Assembly (NCBI RefSeq): GCF_009914755.1
Contig: NC_060934.1
Source: the human T2T-CHM13v2.0 reference genome, Homo sapiens
DNA: 64,000 bases
Strand: one strand, 5' to 3'
Program-made: the position numbers and the translations under genes
In this document: positions 1-12,653 of the stretch, piece after piece
Numbering within the stretch: position 1 is the stretch's first letter
Layout: each line of letters starts with the position of its first letter
The notes under the pieces: generated by a model
The model's input: the letters and a program-made list of their open reading frames with translations, nothing else
Database searches by the model: none
Told to the model about the DNA's origin: nothing

Positions 1-218
1 GTCCCAGAATAGAACATTTCTGGGGGAAAACATTAAAAATTCTTAAGAAACTTCCCTCTCTGGAGGAGGACTTTACTGTTTAACTTCACATCCTCTGTGT
101 TGTTTGAATTTTTAAACCATGATAATGTAAAAAATTTGACTATTTATAAAATTTAAAAATATAAGTTCTGAATATTGCAAATTAGAATTTCTTAATGTAT
201 GGCCCATTATCTAGTACA

Positions 219-274
219 CATATGAGTGTGTATTAGATGGTCATATGCATATGAGTGTATATTAGATGGTCATA
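219..274. repeat. 29-bp tandem duplication (about 2 copies)
   Basis: catatgagtgtRtattagatggtcata at 219 and again at 248. Confidence 0.85.
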
Positions 275-469
275 AAAGATTAAGCATTTTTTTAAAAGCT
301 GGGGTTTATATGAATTCCAACATCTGACCAAAATTTTTATAAAAGGAATCTCACATCTGGTAGTTTACTATAAAGATAAAAATGGAAGGCCACGATATTA
401 GTTTAAAAATATAATTTTTAAAGGTTAGGAGCACAGTATGGATGTAAGAAAACTGATAGTTTTCTTTAA

Positions 470-870
470 AAAAAGACTATTTTTAGAGCAGGTGTAGGTT
501 CACAGCAAAATTGAGCAGAAGGTACGGAGATTTCTGATACAACCCCAGTCCCTCCCCGTGCACAGCCTCCCCCATTAGCAACATCCCCCACCAGAGTGGA
601 ACCATTGTTATAATTGATGAACTGACACTGACACATCATGATAGCCCAGAGTCCACAGCTTACATTAGGGTTCAGTCTTGATGTTGGACATTCTGAGTTT
701 GGACAAAGGTAGTAATGACATGTACCCGCTCTTATAGTATCATACAGAGTAGTGTCACTACCCTAAAAACTCTCTGTACCCCATCTATTCATCCCTCCCT
801 CCTCCTAACTCCTGGAAACCACTGATCTTTTCACTGTCTACATAGTTTTGCCTTTTCCAGGATGAAATGG
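470..870 (-). mobile_element. Old L1 (L1M/L1MC-type) 3' end fragment
   Basis: ttttagagcag..taggttcacagcaaaattgagcagaaggtac.. and ..ctggaaaccactgatctttt..catagttttgccttttccag match the reverse of L1M 3'UTR motifs. Confidence 0.75.
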
Positions 871-1129
871 ACAATTTTTTAATCCAAGTCTAACTGAAAT
901 TTTTCTTTATTCTTCTAATTACATAATTCCCACTAGGTGGCAGCAAAGATTTTAATAATAAGGAAGATGCTGTTCAATAGAATTTTTAAAAGAGAAAATC
1001 AACTTTCAGAGATGGCTTTTCATTTCTACAAATGACAATGGATGGGCTCAGGGAGGTTGACAGAGCTGTTTGCAGTCTCTCTGCTGCACCAAAAGTGAGG
1101 TCCAGGGAGGTGGATGGTGTGGGGAAGGT

Positions 1130-1315
1130 AGGAGCAGCATGGGCATTGGTGTCAGGAAGACTCGGGCAAGTTACTCTCTCCGAACCCTCATTTCTTCATC
1201 TGTAAAATGCGGACAACAGCCATTGCCTAGGCTGCTATCAGGAAGAAAAGAGATCATGCACTGTAAAGTGTTTTGCATAATACAATGCTTGGTACATGTG
1301 AGCCACTCAATAGAC
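1130..1315. mobile_element. MIR SINE remnant
   Basis: Core motif gggcaagttact..ctcatttcttcatctgtaaaatg. Confidence 0.65.
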
Positions 1316-1448
1316 TCCCTTTTTCCTCGGTTAGGAGCAGTTAGGTCTTGGGCTCTTTACAACCACCTCAGTGCCCAGACATCCCAGAGCTATGAAATAA
1401 GCAAAGACACAATTTGAAAATAAAGACCACTGTTAGGGGATAGAAAGT
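1233..1448 (+). repeat. ~215-bp direct repeat, copy 1 (copy 2 at 2868-3089)
   Basis: Hand alignment of the ~200-bp core gives about 9 substitutions and one 2-bp indel. Also visible as the shared peptide in ORFs 1070..1417 and 2832..3077. Confidence 0.95.
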
Positions 1449-1805
1449 CTTGAGGGCTTGGCCTGCAGCCAATCAGAGGCTGAAGCGGAGTTACACTCTA
1501 TACAAATGAAGGACTGGCCCACGGCCAATCAGAGGCTGAAGCGGAGTTACACTCTATACAAATGAAGGACTGGCCCATGGCCAATCAGAGGCTGAAGTGG
1601 AGTTACACTCTATATAAATGAAGGACTGGCCCAGGGCCAATCAGAGGCTGAAGTGGAAACTTGACCTGCAAACAATCAGAGACTGAAGTGAAAGATTGGC
1701 CCATGACCAACCAGAGGCTGAAGTTTTCCTTTTGATTTAATTCTAAGAAGTCAACTTCAGATTCGCCTTAGGCTCCCAGTCTCTAGACCCTATTTTCCTG
1801 CCTCA
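1449..1805 (-). mobile_element. Truncated ERV1 LTR (MER51-like) containing a 56-bp tandem array
   Basis: Reverse strand begins tgaggcaggaaaatagggtctagagactgggagcctaaggc (MER51-type 5' end). Repeat units start every 56 bp (CCAATCAG at 1469, 1525, 1581, 1637). Confidence 0.75.
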
Positions 1806-2867
1806 CCACTATGATCATTCTGCACTGAGGGCTTTCTAGAATCAGGTACCACGTGAGGGCTTTGTAAACATGGTACCATTTAGTTTTCACAATCATTCTA
1901 GTCAAAGTGCCTTGCAGACTGGAAGCTCTCTGACTTCACAGGTGGTATCTATACCATTGAGCTCCTCCATGCCCTGCACGGTGCCTCATGGGGGACAGCC
2001 ACTCTACATGTTTTATAGAAAAATATTCACTGAATGCTTACCAGCCAGCTGGTAAGGTTGGGCTGCAAATAAAGGCTAAGGTTAGGCCTCCTTCCTGCCA
2101 ATCCCTATGATACACATCAAGCAAATCAACAAAGAGCACCTCCTAGATAAGGGAATACCAGCCCACGTGAGAATCCTGACCCGAAGTATTCTGGTATATT
2201 TCACAGAGCCTACCCACTCCTGTCTGGACAAAGCCATGGTCTTCACTCAAGCCTGACACTGTGCTGGAGAGAGTGGAAAAGATGCAGAGACAAAAGATTC
2301 ATGCTGGATTGCTCACTCCTTCCACGCTCACTCCAACTAAGCTCTTTCATAAAGAACAAAATGTCCTACTCTGTATCTTCATGTTTTTCAGCTGTTGAGA
2401 AAATTGTTTCCAAATCACTGAAGCAGCTGCTGATAAATATAGAAAGCTGGTGATTGGCACTGGAATTATTGCCAACGTCAGAAGTAGGTGAATATGCAGT
2501 GGCATCGAGGAAATAAAACCCATGAGGAACTTGCCAGTGTCCTACCCAGGAAAAATAATGACCTAACATGGAAAAAAAAAAAAAAAAAGAGAAAAGCCTG
2601 ACCTTAAACACTTGACCCTGAGCCCTTCACTCTTGGCATCAAAAGCCAGAAAAAAGCAGGGATTTGGCTACTCACGTCCAGGTTAAATTAACATCCATCT
2701 ACATAGCCGCTTCCAAATTGATATCATTTTGTTCAAAGGCAATTAATATCCTTGACAATAGGGATATTGCCTGTCACTCTTAATATATTTTATTTGTTTA
2801 TTTATATATTTTAGCATAGGGCTATGGACACTTGGGCTGCAAAAGTAAGTTGAAGAAGGGGACACGT

Positions 2868-3089
2868 TGCTTTCAGGAAAAAAGAGAAGAGATCATGCAT
2901 GGTAAAGTGTTTTGCATAATACAATGCTTGGTACATGTGAGCCACTCAATAGACTCCCTTTTTCCTTGGTTAGGAGCAGAGTTAGGTCTTGGGTTCTTTA
3001 CAAGCACTTCAGTGCTCAGACATCCCAGAGCTATGAAAGAAGCAAAGACACAACTTGAAAATAAAGACCACTGTTAGGGGATAGAAAGT
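2868..3089 (+). repeat. ~215-bp direct repeat, copy 2
   Basis: Matches 1233-1448. Confidence 0.95.
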
Positions 3090-3940
3090 TAAGAGAGAAG
3101 TCATCTCCTGGGCAGCAATTAAGCTTCTCTCAGCCTGGGCACCTATGTTCTCCTTGAGAACTATTTCCGCCTTCCTGGAATTCTCATTTGAGATGAATAA
3201 GGGCCCCAAAGATGTCTTACTCTGTGAAGACGCCTCTCTGGAAAAGAAGGCTGAGGACATGGGGCTAGCTATAAAAAAAGAGAACCATGTGCTAGCTAAA
3301 CTCCCAGCCACCGCTACCTTCCCAGGCCTGCATGCTTCGAATGTGTAGAGTCATTTACAAAGGTAGTAATTTCCATTCAGAGCAACTACCTAGCCAGGAT
3401 CAAAACTTCCAGAATACAGAATGGGACTTTTCTTAGTGTCTTGGAATTTTTGGCTAAAACCTCCGAGGTGAGAACGATGGGGAGAAGTATCCCATCTTCC
3501 AAGGAAAGGTGCTAGGAATATCCTTGCAGGACTTATCAAAAGATGGTAGACTCTGCCTGATGACTATCAACCCTATGGCCTACCCAACTCTGGAATCAGA
3601 CATTGGAAAACAGAGAGCTGAGAGTCAGCAGCGAGCTCTTCACACAGCAGGAGAGTGGTGTTCCCCTCTGCTCTGCTGCAAGGGTTACAGGATCCTGTTA
3701 GAAGGAGGAACAGCCTCTCACTCTCTGCCTAGATGTTTACTAAGTGGGGAAACTCAGGCCCTACAGCTGCTGTGCCAGCCAAGAGAAGCTTTTGATGTAT
3801 CCTGGAGCTTAGAAGCATTCATGGACAAAGAGTCTGGAGCCTACTGAATTGGGAAGGCAGGAAGCTGGCTGGAGTCACCCTTGATGGTAGGTGAATGAGA
3901 AGACAGAAGTGATGTGGTGTGAATTTCCACTGTTCAGCTC

Positions 3941-4020
3941 ACTGGAGGTACATGAATGTCCCATGGATGGTACCCACATTACTGGGGGTGCATGAATATC
4001 ACATGGATGGTACCCACACC
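3941..4020. repeat. 40-bp tandem duplication (2 copies, 34/40 identical)
   Basis: actggRggtRcatgaatRtcMcatggatggtacccaca at 3941 and 3981. Confidence 0.85.
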
Positions 4021-4491
4021 CCAGCATCTTGATGAGTCCACCTGAGAAAGGTGCCTGCTAAGTAGGGGGACTTCATTAGTAACAAGCTATGAGGAGACCA
4101 TGAGGAAGTAGGGGCTGATTCTGGGAAATGGAGAAGGGTGGGCTGCAAGAGGTTAATCAGAAATTTTGGTCAAATAACTCAAAATGTATTCCCCATCCCA
4201 ACTAAAAGTCTCCAGCCAGTGTTAGCAGAAAGAAGCACAATAACGCCAGTTACATAACACCTTGTCCCCTCAACTACTTACTCCCCACCCCCTGTCCAAA
4301 ACCCCAAAGGAACCCTGAAGGACAGAAAGGAGATAAGAAAGACCAGCCTCATTGCCGGTCTCCAATTTGGGTTGGGCCTGACCTAGGAAATGGTGAAGCT
4401 CTGAAATGGATGGGGGAAGAGAATTTTTAATAGGACTGGACTTTGAAGAGCTGAAAGTGACAAGAAAGCTATGTAATCTAAGATATCATCA

Positions 4492-4788
4492 GACTGGGCA
4501 CAGTGGCTCACACCTTAAATCTTAACACTTTGAGAAGCCAAGGCAAGAGGATCATAGCTTGAGGCTATGAATTCAAGACCAGCCTAGGCAATATAGTGAG
4601 ACCCCCGTCTCTACAGAAAATAGAATAGCGAGGCGTGGCAGCGCTAGGACTGCAAGTCCTAGCTACTTTGGAGGCTGAGGTGGGAGGATTGCTTGAGCCC
4701 AGGAGCTCAAGGCTGTAGTGAGCTATAATCACGCTATTGCACTTCAGCCTGGGTGACAGAGTGACAGACTGAGACCCTGTCTCTAAAA
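4492..4788 (+). mobile_element. AluJ
   Basis: Diverged Alu dimer with ggaggattgcttgagcccaggag (J-type). Confidence 0.85.
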
Positions 4789-4934
4789 GATATAATTAAG
4801 GTGGAAAAGGCAGCTCTGATAGAGGATAATAAAAGTAGCAATAGGGAAAAATAAGTCTTCACTGTTTTGTCCCCTGTGTGTCTTGGCCTATCCTAGACAC
4901 TAATTGGGCAACTCACAGCAGTTAAGGATTTTGG

Positions 4935-5130
4935 AGCTGAAGAGCACTGGAGTCAAATTCCAGCTCTGACACTGAACAGAGGGACCCTGGGCAAACTAGG
5001 CAACCACTGGGCTTCAGTTTTTTCATCTGTAAAATGAGTAGGTTAGCAATACCTGCTTTCCCAGGCTGCGTAATATGTGTAATTACCGAGCCGAATTTCA
5101 GGCACATACATGTAAACACTTGGTGTCTCT
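4935..5130. mobile_element. MIR SINE remnant
   Basis: ttccagctctgacact..ccctgggcaa..cttcagtttttcatctgtaaaatg core. Confidence 0.7.
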
Positions 5131-7699
5131 ACTGTCCTGATACCTGCGATAATCTAACATAACTTACATTTCCTCTTCCCTTTAAAACATTGTAAATGGC
5201 CCACTGTCAGCTTCTGGGGAAGGCATTTTAGATTCTCATTAGTTTCATAATCATCATAAGAAAATTAACATCTTGTGTTCTGAAGTTTGCATGTCTGTTA
5301 TCTCAGTTTACCTTAGGGCTCCCACTAACCTGGGAGAATAGAGATTATCTGCATTTTACAGACCACAGAATATCTGAGAGCCAGAGGGACTTTATAGACC
5401 ATCTGATGCAAATGCTTCATTTTACACACCGGAAACTAAGGCCTGGAGTGGGCCCGGGCTTTGCCTGCCCAATTAACCACAGAGGACAAATCTTCTTTTC
5501 TCAAATGCCCTTGAACCCAGGCTTTGATGCTTACAGGACTGCTCTCACTTTAAATCTCCGATCATGGGTTTGTTTCTCTGGTTCCTGCCTCCTTCATTGT
5601 AAAGGGGCAAAAACAGACACTACAGAACAAGAGCATGAGGTGTTCCTTCAAAGGTAAAGACTACGTAGAGAACTATTGTGAACTGAATGTAAATCATTAC
5701 ATTAAAAAACTAGGGAGAAACTTTATGCATCTAACCAATGCTTGCTGAGACACTGAGATAACTGAGACTTATAAAACGTCCAGAGGGATTTTAAGACAGT
5801 TCAGAGCATGCCCTTTACTATAAAAATTTTTAAATAAAACATTTAAAAAATCAATTTTCAGTATTGAAACTGTTGCCCAGGTATGTTCAAGAAAATTCAA
5901 GCTTTCCTTGGAATGCTTTTTTACAATAGATCTTAAAAAAAAACAAAAAACCATATTTGTCATAAACAAAAGTACAAAATAAGTTCCTGGCTATACACAT
6001 GGATAAAAAATAAATAGAAACAAAATCATTTCAGATTTAGGTTGTTATTAATAGAAAGTGGAATAAGACTTTGGAGACCTTATAAAATATCCTTTTAATA
6101 GACTGTTAACTACAGTACTTTGTCCCTGGCCAGGACTCAAGCTAAGGAGCTCCAAGAAAAAAAAAAACAAATTTAAGTTCTAGGGTTTGGGTAAGTTGAG
6201 GTCCTGAATTTAATGTCATCTATCCTGTCATTCATTTGTTCCTAGAGAACATGGATTTCCCAATCTTGTGTCATAAAATGGTGGAGGTGGAATGTGGGAG
6301 AATACTCATTCTATCCGAAAGAGAAAGAAGGGGCACAAGAGAAGGGTGACCTGAACGTGGATCAGATTCTGCTAACAAGCTGCCTTTAACACAAGCCTTC
6401 AGCATGTTAGCTCAGCCCCTGACATGTGGATTCCACCACGGGAATCACTGTTTAGAGACACGTGGTGACTGCTCACTTTATACGGGACAGATAGTTCCAG
6501 TCGGCAAGGGTTTCCATCCCTCCATAAGTGTGTCAGTTGCCACCTGTTCTCATGCTTGAACTGACCACTTGCAACTGTGTTACTAGCCTGGCCTTCCTAG
6601 GACCATGAGTTTGCAACACATGGATTAAAAAACCCAGACTTTCCTTATGTTATTTTTGTATAAGAGTTGGGCAGCAGTTTTGACATCTTTGAGGCAGAAA
6701 TGATTCAGGCACTTGAAAACCTCTCCTTGACCAAAAAGTCCCCATCATTAGTAGTGATAAGAATGTTGGTCTAGCAAGTGTATATTGTTGAATGTTGACC
6801 TTCTTCTTCATCCAGGCTGTTCAATGTTGCCAGGTCCCAAATCAGACACCTAGGAGTTGACAAATATTGACTGGCCACAGTCCATGTTTTTTATTTAAAG
6901 CAAGTCACTCAAATGAGTCCACAATTTTCTTTTTTAGCATGTCATGGCAAACACCATGCGTATGAGGTCAACATAAGAAAGAATAGAGTACAAAACAGAA
7001 TGTGAAACCGCAAATTTGTTACGCTAAGCACTTTTCAAGGATTATTTTTAAAAACTACTTTTTAGCTTCTGAAATTCTATGCTGCCATTAGCCAGAAAAG
7101 CAATACAAGGTCAGAAGACACATACTGGGTGGGGAAGTCAAAACATTCATGTGGGTGCAAAGTCTTCCCACTCTGGGGAAAAGGGGGTCTCAATACTATA
7201 CATATTTTACATCTCAGATTTACGAATAATGGCTCGATGATTTTGAAAGGCTTATGTGGAGCCTGAGTATGTAACCTTGAACTAGACCGTGCATAATCAC
7301 CCATGTCCCTGTAGGTCAGTGGCTCACCTTGCTGTCTTAATGGCCATGCTGGACACACTGAAAGCCAGGGCAAGCCTCTGAAGTGCTATTTTAAGTGAAG
7401 GTTCTTGTTGTCTTTGGAAAACAATTACCACACAACAAACAAGTTTTAGCAACAGAGTGGCCCATAATAGCAACAGAGGGTCAGCCTTCATCAGGAAAGC
7501 AGAAGGCAGGCAGGGCAGCAGCCATTTTCTAAGTCCTCCACAACCTGGTATTTGGCAATAAATCTTATCTTTCCTCTGTTTTAAGTATATATCATATATA
7601 CTTAGAGTTTTAGTTACTTTGGTCATAGTTTTCATAAATAGAGGCCATTGCACATTTTGAATTTCTAATTCTTATTTCTAAACCAGTCCCACAGAATTC

Positions 7700-8240
7700 T
7701 GTTAGGAGTGTTCTGGACTTGAAACTGACCCAATAGCTCCATAGTGAGGTGTTTTTTTTTTTTTTTTTTTTTTGGATAAATATAGAAATTGGCCCTTCTG
7801 GTCTTAAAGCTTGAGAGTTAGGATAGTTCTTAGCAAACTCCCCTTAAAATGTAACAAGGCCCAAAAATAATTGTTTTATCTGAGTTCCTTTCTCAGAAAA
7901 GGACCCTTATGACTCTCAAAAAAAAAAAAAAAATCAAAGAATTGAAACTCACTAGATCACCCATCCAGACAATGAGATGCCAGACCCCTCATTCATCATG
8001 ATTGCTTCCTTACCCCCTCCTTAGTTCCTGTTTCATTATACATTGTTACATTTCTTCTGTACTATATAAATCTCTAATTTTGGACAGTCAGGGAGATAGA
8101 TTTGAAACTGATCTCCCATCTCCTTGGCTGAAGCACCCTATTAAAGCCTTCTTCCTTGGCAATAATTGTTGTCTCAGTCATTGACTTTCTGTGCAGCGAG
8201 CAGCGGGACCCAGACCAAACCCCTGGTGTTTCGGTAACCA
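7700..8240 (+). mobile_element. Solo ERV1-class LTR (MER4 group, MER83/84-like)
   Basis: TG...CA termini with 4-bp target-site duplication attc (7696-7699 and 8241-8244). TATA-like ctatataaa near 8062 and polyA-like attaaa near 8140. Confidence 0.8.
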
Positions 8241-8981
8241 ATTCTCAAGGTCAAGAACCCTTCTCCTTTAGCTAGTACTGAGTGTTCCCCCGCCCCCCCA
8301 TATCCACGACCAGGATGTGAACAGGAAACTAAAAGGAGTCAGGTTGTTTTCCTTTCCTCTGGATTAACTGATTAACTATTCATTACGCAGGAATCCCATG
8401 ACAAATGCTTCTATGTATGATGGTGAGCACAAAAGAAATAGAAGATAGTCTGTTGTGGACTTAATACCAACTCAGACCCCATTCCCAGAAGTATCAGAAT
8501 TGAGAGTCCGAGAACTTCTGCTAATGACGTTCGCAGGATGGCTCTGAATGGCCCCCACACCTGCTACTGCAATCAGGGCTGGACTCAATGGCTGATCTGA
8601 TGAGCCCATGAGGGCTGAATTTCTCAGGGCCTGCTTGGAATAGGGTGAAGGATGCGGGTGCCTTCTAGAGAGCAAGTACTCCAGCTACTTGAGAGTATTC
8701 ATTTATCAAGCAGAACATGTACTTTGAAAGGCTGTTGAAAACTAGCTAGGAGCTGAGAAATTTAGTATCTGCTTAAAGACAGTGTCTACTGCCTTGGATA
8801 AGAATCTCTTAAACTGCCTCTGTTCATTTCTCTGAACAATAAATAGAAATAGTAATAAGCCTGTATTTCCTGGGAATGTAAAAGAGATTCTTTTATGGGA
8901 AATAAAAATACTAGCATAAAACATTAAGACTGTTTTGTCACCTCCAATATTTAAGGTTTCAGGTCCTGTCAGGGAGAACTA

Positions 8982-9015
8982 GTGTGTGTGTCTGTGTGTG
9001 TGTGTGTGTGTGTGT
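8982..9015. repeat. (TG)n microsatellite
   Basis: Direct reading. Confidence 0.95.
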
Positions 9016-9400
9016 ATACATGTATGTTTTCAGAACTATAACTAAAAGGAGGGGCTATATGTATAGAATGAACCATCACCCTAATAAATATATTCTTAAC
9101 TTCAAAATGACCAGGTAACAATTTCAAAAGCCCAGCTGATGGAGGACAGGCCTGGAGCATCATTGCTTTCCAGCCCCTCCTCCATTGGTCTCATGTGGTT
9201 GCTCACATCATTTCTGAGGATGTCAATATCATAGGGACTGACCTGAAATCAAAAGAAGGGTTCTCTTTCGCCTGAAAATGCCATTTGCATAGCAAGAGGA
9301 AAATGGGAAGTTATCAAAACAAAGCCAAGCACCACTCAATCATGGTATGCTCTCAGAAAAGGCAATGGTCACATGGCAACCTTGAAGATTCTGATTTCTA

Positions 9401-9517
9401 GTCGGGTGTGGTGGCACATGCCTGTAATCCCAGCTACTCAGGACGCTGAGGTGGGAGGATTACTTGAGCCCAGGAGTTTGAGACCAGCTTGGACAACATA
9501 GCAAAAACTCGTCTCTC

Positions 9518-9548
<31 letters not shown>

Positions 9549-9574
9549 AAGAAAGAAAAAAAGAAAAAAGAAAA
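9401..9574 (+). mobile_element. Alu monomer (FLAM-like) with long A/GAAA tail
   Basis: Single-arm Alu. Imperfect TSD aagattctgatttc / aagatactgacttc. Confidence 0.8.
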
Positions 9575-10232
9575 AGATACTGACTTCCAACCTTCATGAG
9601 TGAAAAGTTCTGGCCATGGCTGTAGTGGACAGGATGTGCTCACCCTGGGGTCTCCCTCGGGGCAGGGCAAGTGACCACCCACCTAGCACATGGCTCTACC
9701 AGTGCTTCCCTGTGGGCTTAGAGCAGTTCTCCCTTCTGCTTACAAAATATAATCCAGACATGCCTTGCAAACATTATGTGATCCCTGAGCCACAAAGGAC
9801 TTTGTATCTTTTTGCAGGGAGACAGAAGTAACATGGCTGAAGCTTGAAGGCTGTGTTCTCAGCACTGTTGATACTCTTTTTTCTGGAGAGTTTAGAAAAC
9901 CTGAAGTAAATTTCTACCAGCAGGCTAAGCAATGGCCATATGGTCCTCTGCTCAAATTATGGCCAGCAATAGAGCAGAAGAAAAGCAGTAGAGAAAGGGA
10001 AGGATCTAAGAGTGGGAGAGAAAGCAAACAAGAGAGGAAGAAAGGCACCCAGATGAACTCTGCTACCTGCCGTCACCTAAGGCCATTCAATGGTGCCCAT
10101 GCCATAGCCTGCCATGCCATAAACATTAGTGGGCACCAGCCCAGTAATTTCTGGGAGAGCTTAAGAAAACTGGCCACCAATGCTTTCAAGATTTGGGATC
10201 ATTCTTAGCAAACTCCCCTTAAAATGTACCAA

Positions 10233-11148
10233 GACCCAAAAGGATTAAAAACAAGTACTCAGACAAATATTCATATGTGAATGTTCATTGCAGAGCTATT
10301 CATAATAGCCAAAGATGGAAATGACCTAAATGCCCATTAACAGATGAATGGATAAACAAAATGTGATATAGCCATACAATGTAAACATTATTCAGCCATA
10401 AAGAAATGAAGTACAGTCATGCACCACATAATGATGTTTGGGTCAATGACAGACTGCATACATGACGGTAGTCCCATAAGATTGCAACGAAGCTGAAAAA
10501 TTCCTATCGCCTTGTGACACTGTAGCCTCCGTAACATGAAGCACAATACCTTACCCTTTCTATGTATAGATATGTTTAGACACACAAACACTTATCGTGT
10601 TATAACTGCCTACAGTATTCAGTATAGTCACATGCTATACAGGTTTGTAGCCTAGGAGTAATAGGCTATGCCATATAGCCTCGGTGTGTAGTAAGCTATA
10701 CCATCTAGGTTTGTGTAAGTAGAGGTCACACAATGACAACATCACCTCATGATGCATTTGTCAGCACGTATCCCTGTTGTTGAGCAACACAACCGCACAG
10801 ACAAATGATACGAACTGGATCAACCTTAAAAATCATGATACTAAATAAAGAAGCCAGACACAAAAGGCTAATAGTGTATAACTCCATTAATATAAAATAT
10901 CCAGAATAGGTAAGTCCATAGAGACAGAAAGCAGATTGGTAGTTTCTAGAGACTGGGAAAAAGTGGGGGAAGGGGAGTAACTGCCTAATGGGTACAGGAA
11001 TTTTCTTTTGGGGTGATGAAAATGTTTTGGAACTAGATAGAGGTGATGGTTGTACAAAAGCACATTTGCAGTGAATGCATTAAAGGCCACTGAAACGTTC
11101 AATTTAAAATGGTCAATTTTATGCTATGTGAATTTCACCTCAATTAAA
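10233..11148 (+). mobile_element. L1MB-type 3' fragment, split by a Tigger3a insertion
   Basis: aatgttcattgcag..cagatgaatggataaacaaaatgtg, resuming at ~10800 with gaagccagacacaaaagg..tatgtgaatttcacctcaattaaa. Confidence 0.8.
10414..10797 (+). mobile_element. Tigger3a (MER7/GOLEM-type) DNA transposon
   Basis: ta|cagtcatgcaccacataatgatgtt..cccataagatt..gctgaaaaattcctatcgcc matches the Tigger3 terminus. Confidence 0.8.
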
Positions 11149-12331
11149 ACAAATTGTTTCCAGAAAATTTGCTCTTGAGCTGATTTCCCTAATGTAGGTG
11201 TAAACTTTAACCTGGCGAAGAGGTTTATGATAAATCTTTAACTGGCTATGTTCACCTAGCATACCCGGGCTCTGGCCAAAGAGGAAATCATACTTGAGTT
11301 CTACGTCAGCTTCTCAGATTCATACTCATTAGCAAACCTCAGCTCATTTACCCTATTCCAAGATAGGAAGAAGAAAAGAAGGGGCAGAATGTCACTTTTA
11401 GTACTTTCATCACGTGACCTGTCACTTAATACACACATGGCTGAAGGTCACAGCAAGGGCAGGCGTCAGCAAGACTTTGGAATGAATCTTATTTTATTTT
11501 GAAAAACGAACATTATTTTATTTTTAATACAGTTTGCTTTTAAATAGGTAAAAACATAGGGTGGGAAATACACTAAAAATCATTTCCCTTCTCTCCCTGT
11601 CTCCCAGCCACCCAGTTCTCTCTCTCCCTTCCTAGAGGCAACTACTAATAGCAATTGCTCAAATATCCTTCCAGGAACAATCTGTATAAATATACAATTA
11701 TAGATACACAAAGCAGTGCTTTTAAACAGCTAAATTTTTACTGTTACTTAAACATTAAAATTAAACTGGGAAATGACTGCTGTTCCAACTACTGAAATTC
11801 CAGTTCTACTGATAAGTTTTTAGATGTGGGCTTTATCACATAAGACATATAACTGCTGAAACAAAAACAGCAAATAACAAAATGCCACTAGCTTTCCACC
11901 TACTGAAAGCACTTTTAAATTAATCCCTGAGTTGCACCCATTCCCTATAAAGCAGGAATTTTTCTTCCTTTCTTGAAACTTAGATAATCCAGGCTCAGGA
12001 GGGAAAAGATGGATCACTCTGGGATCTTGATGTCTGGGTCATAATTGTTACAGATTTCAGTAGGAAAAATCTGAATATTACTGTTCCTCTTTGCACTATA
12101 CCTTGTCTCTGCAATGAACCTTTGGCTACTATGTAAGATTCCAAAGCCTCTCAACACCTCTCTCAATATCCAGTAGAGCAACATTGAAATTGCCACACCA
12201 GGTCACCCCTCCTCCAGGTCAGGGGCTGGCTCCCTATATGTTCAGAAAAGTGTAGCTGCTCTCCAGTGTTGTACTCAAAGTTGAGGAGATCCATTCCCTG
12301 ACACCTCTACCTCTTCTTAAAAACATGTTTT

Positions 12332-12653
<322 letters not shown>

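Noticed and set aside
1467-1660. Regularly spaced repeats resembling a CRISPR array
   Set aside because: The intervening sequences are repeated too (no unique spacers). It is a tandem repeat inside an LTR in primate DNA.
1070-3077. Two ORFs sharing a peptide, suggesting paralogous small genes
   Set aside because: Explained by the 215-bp DNA duplication of partly MIR-derived sequence; both start at non-ATG codons and diverge in frame.
7141-7176. GKTLHPHECF in ORF 7077..7373 resembles the LIM motif GKTYHPNCF
   Set aside because: Spacing is off by one residue, the other zinc ligands are missing, nucleotide similarity is weak and no fitting splice sites were seen; probably chance.
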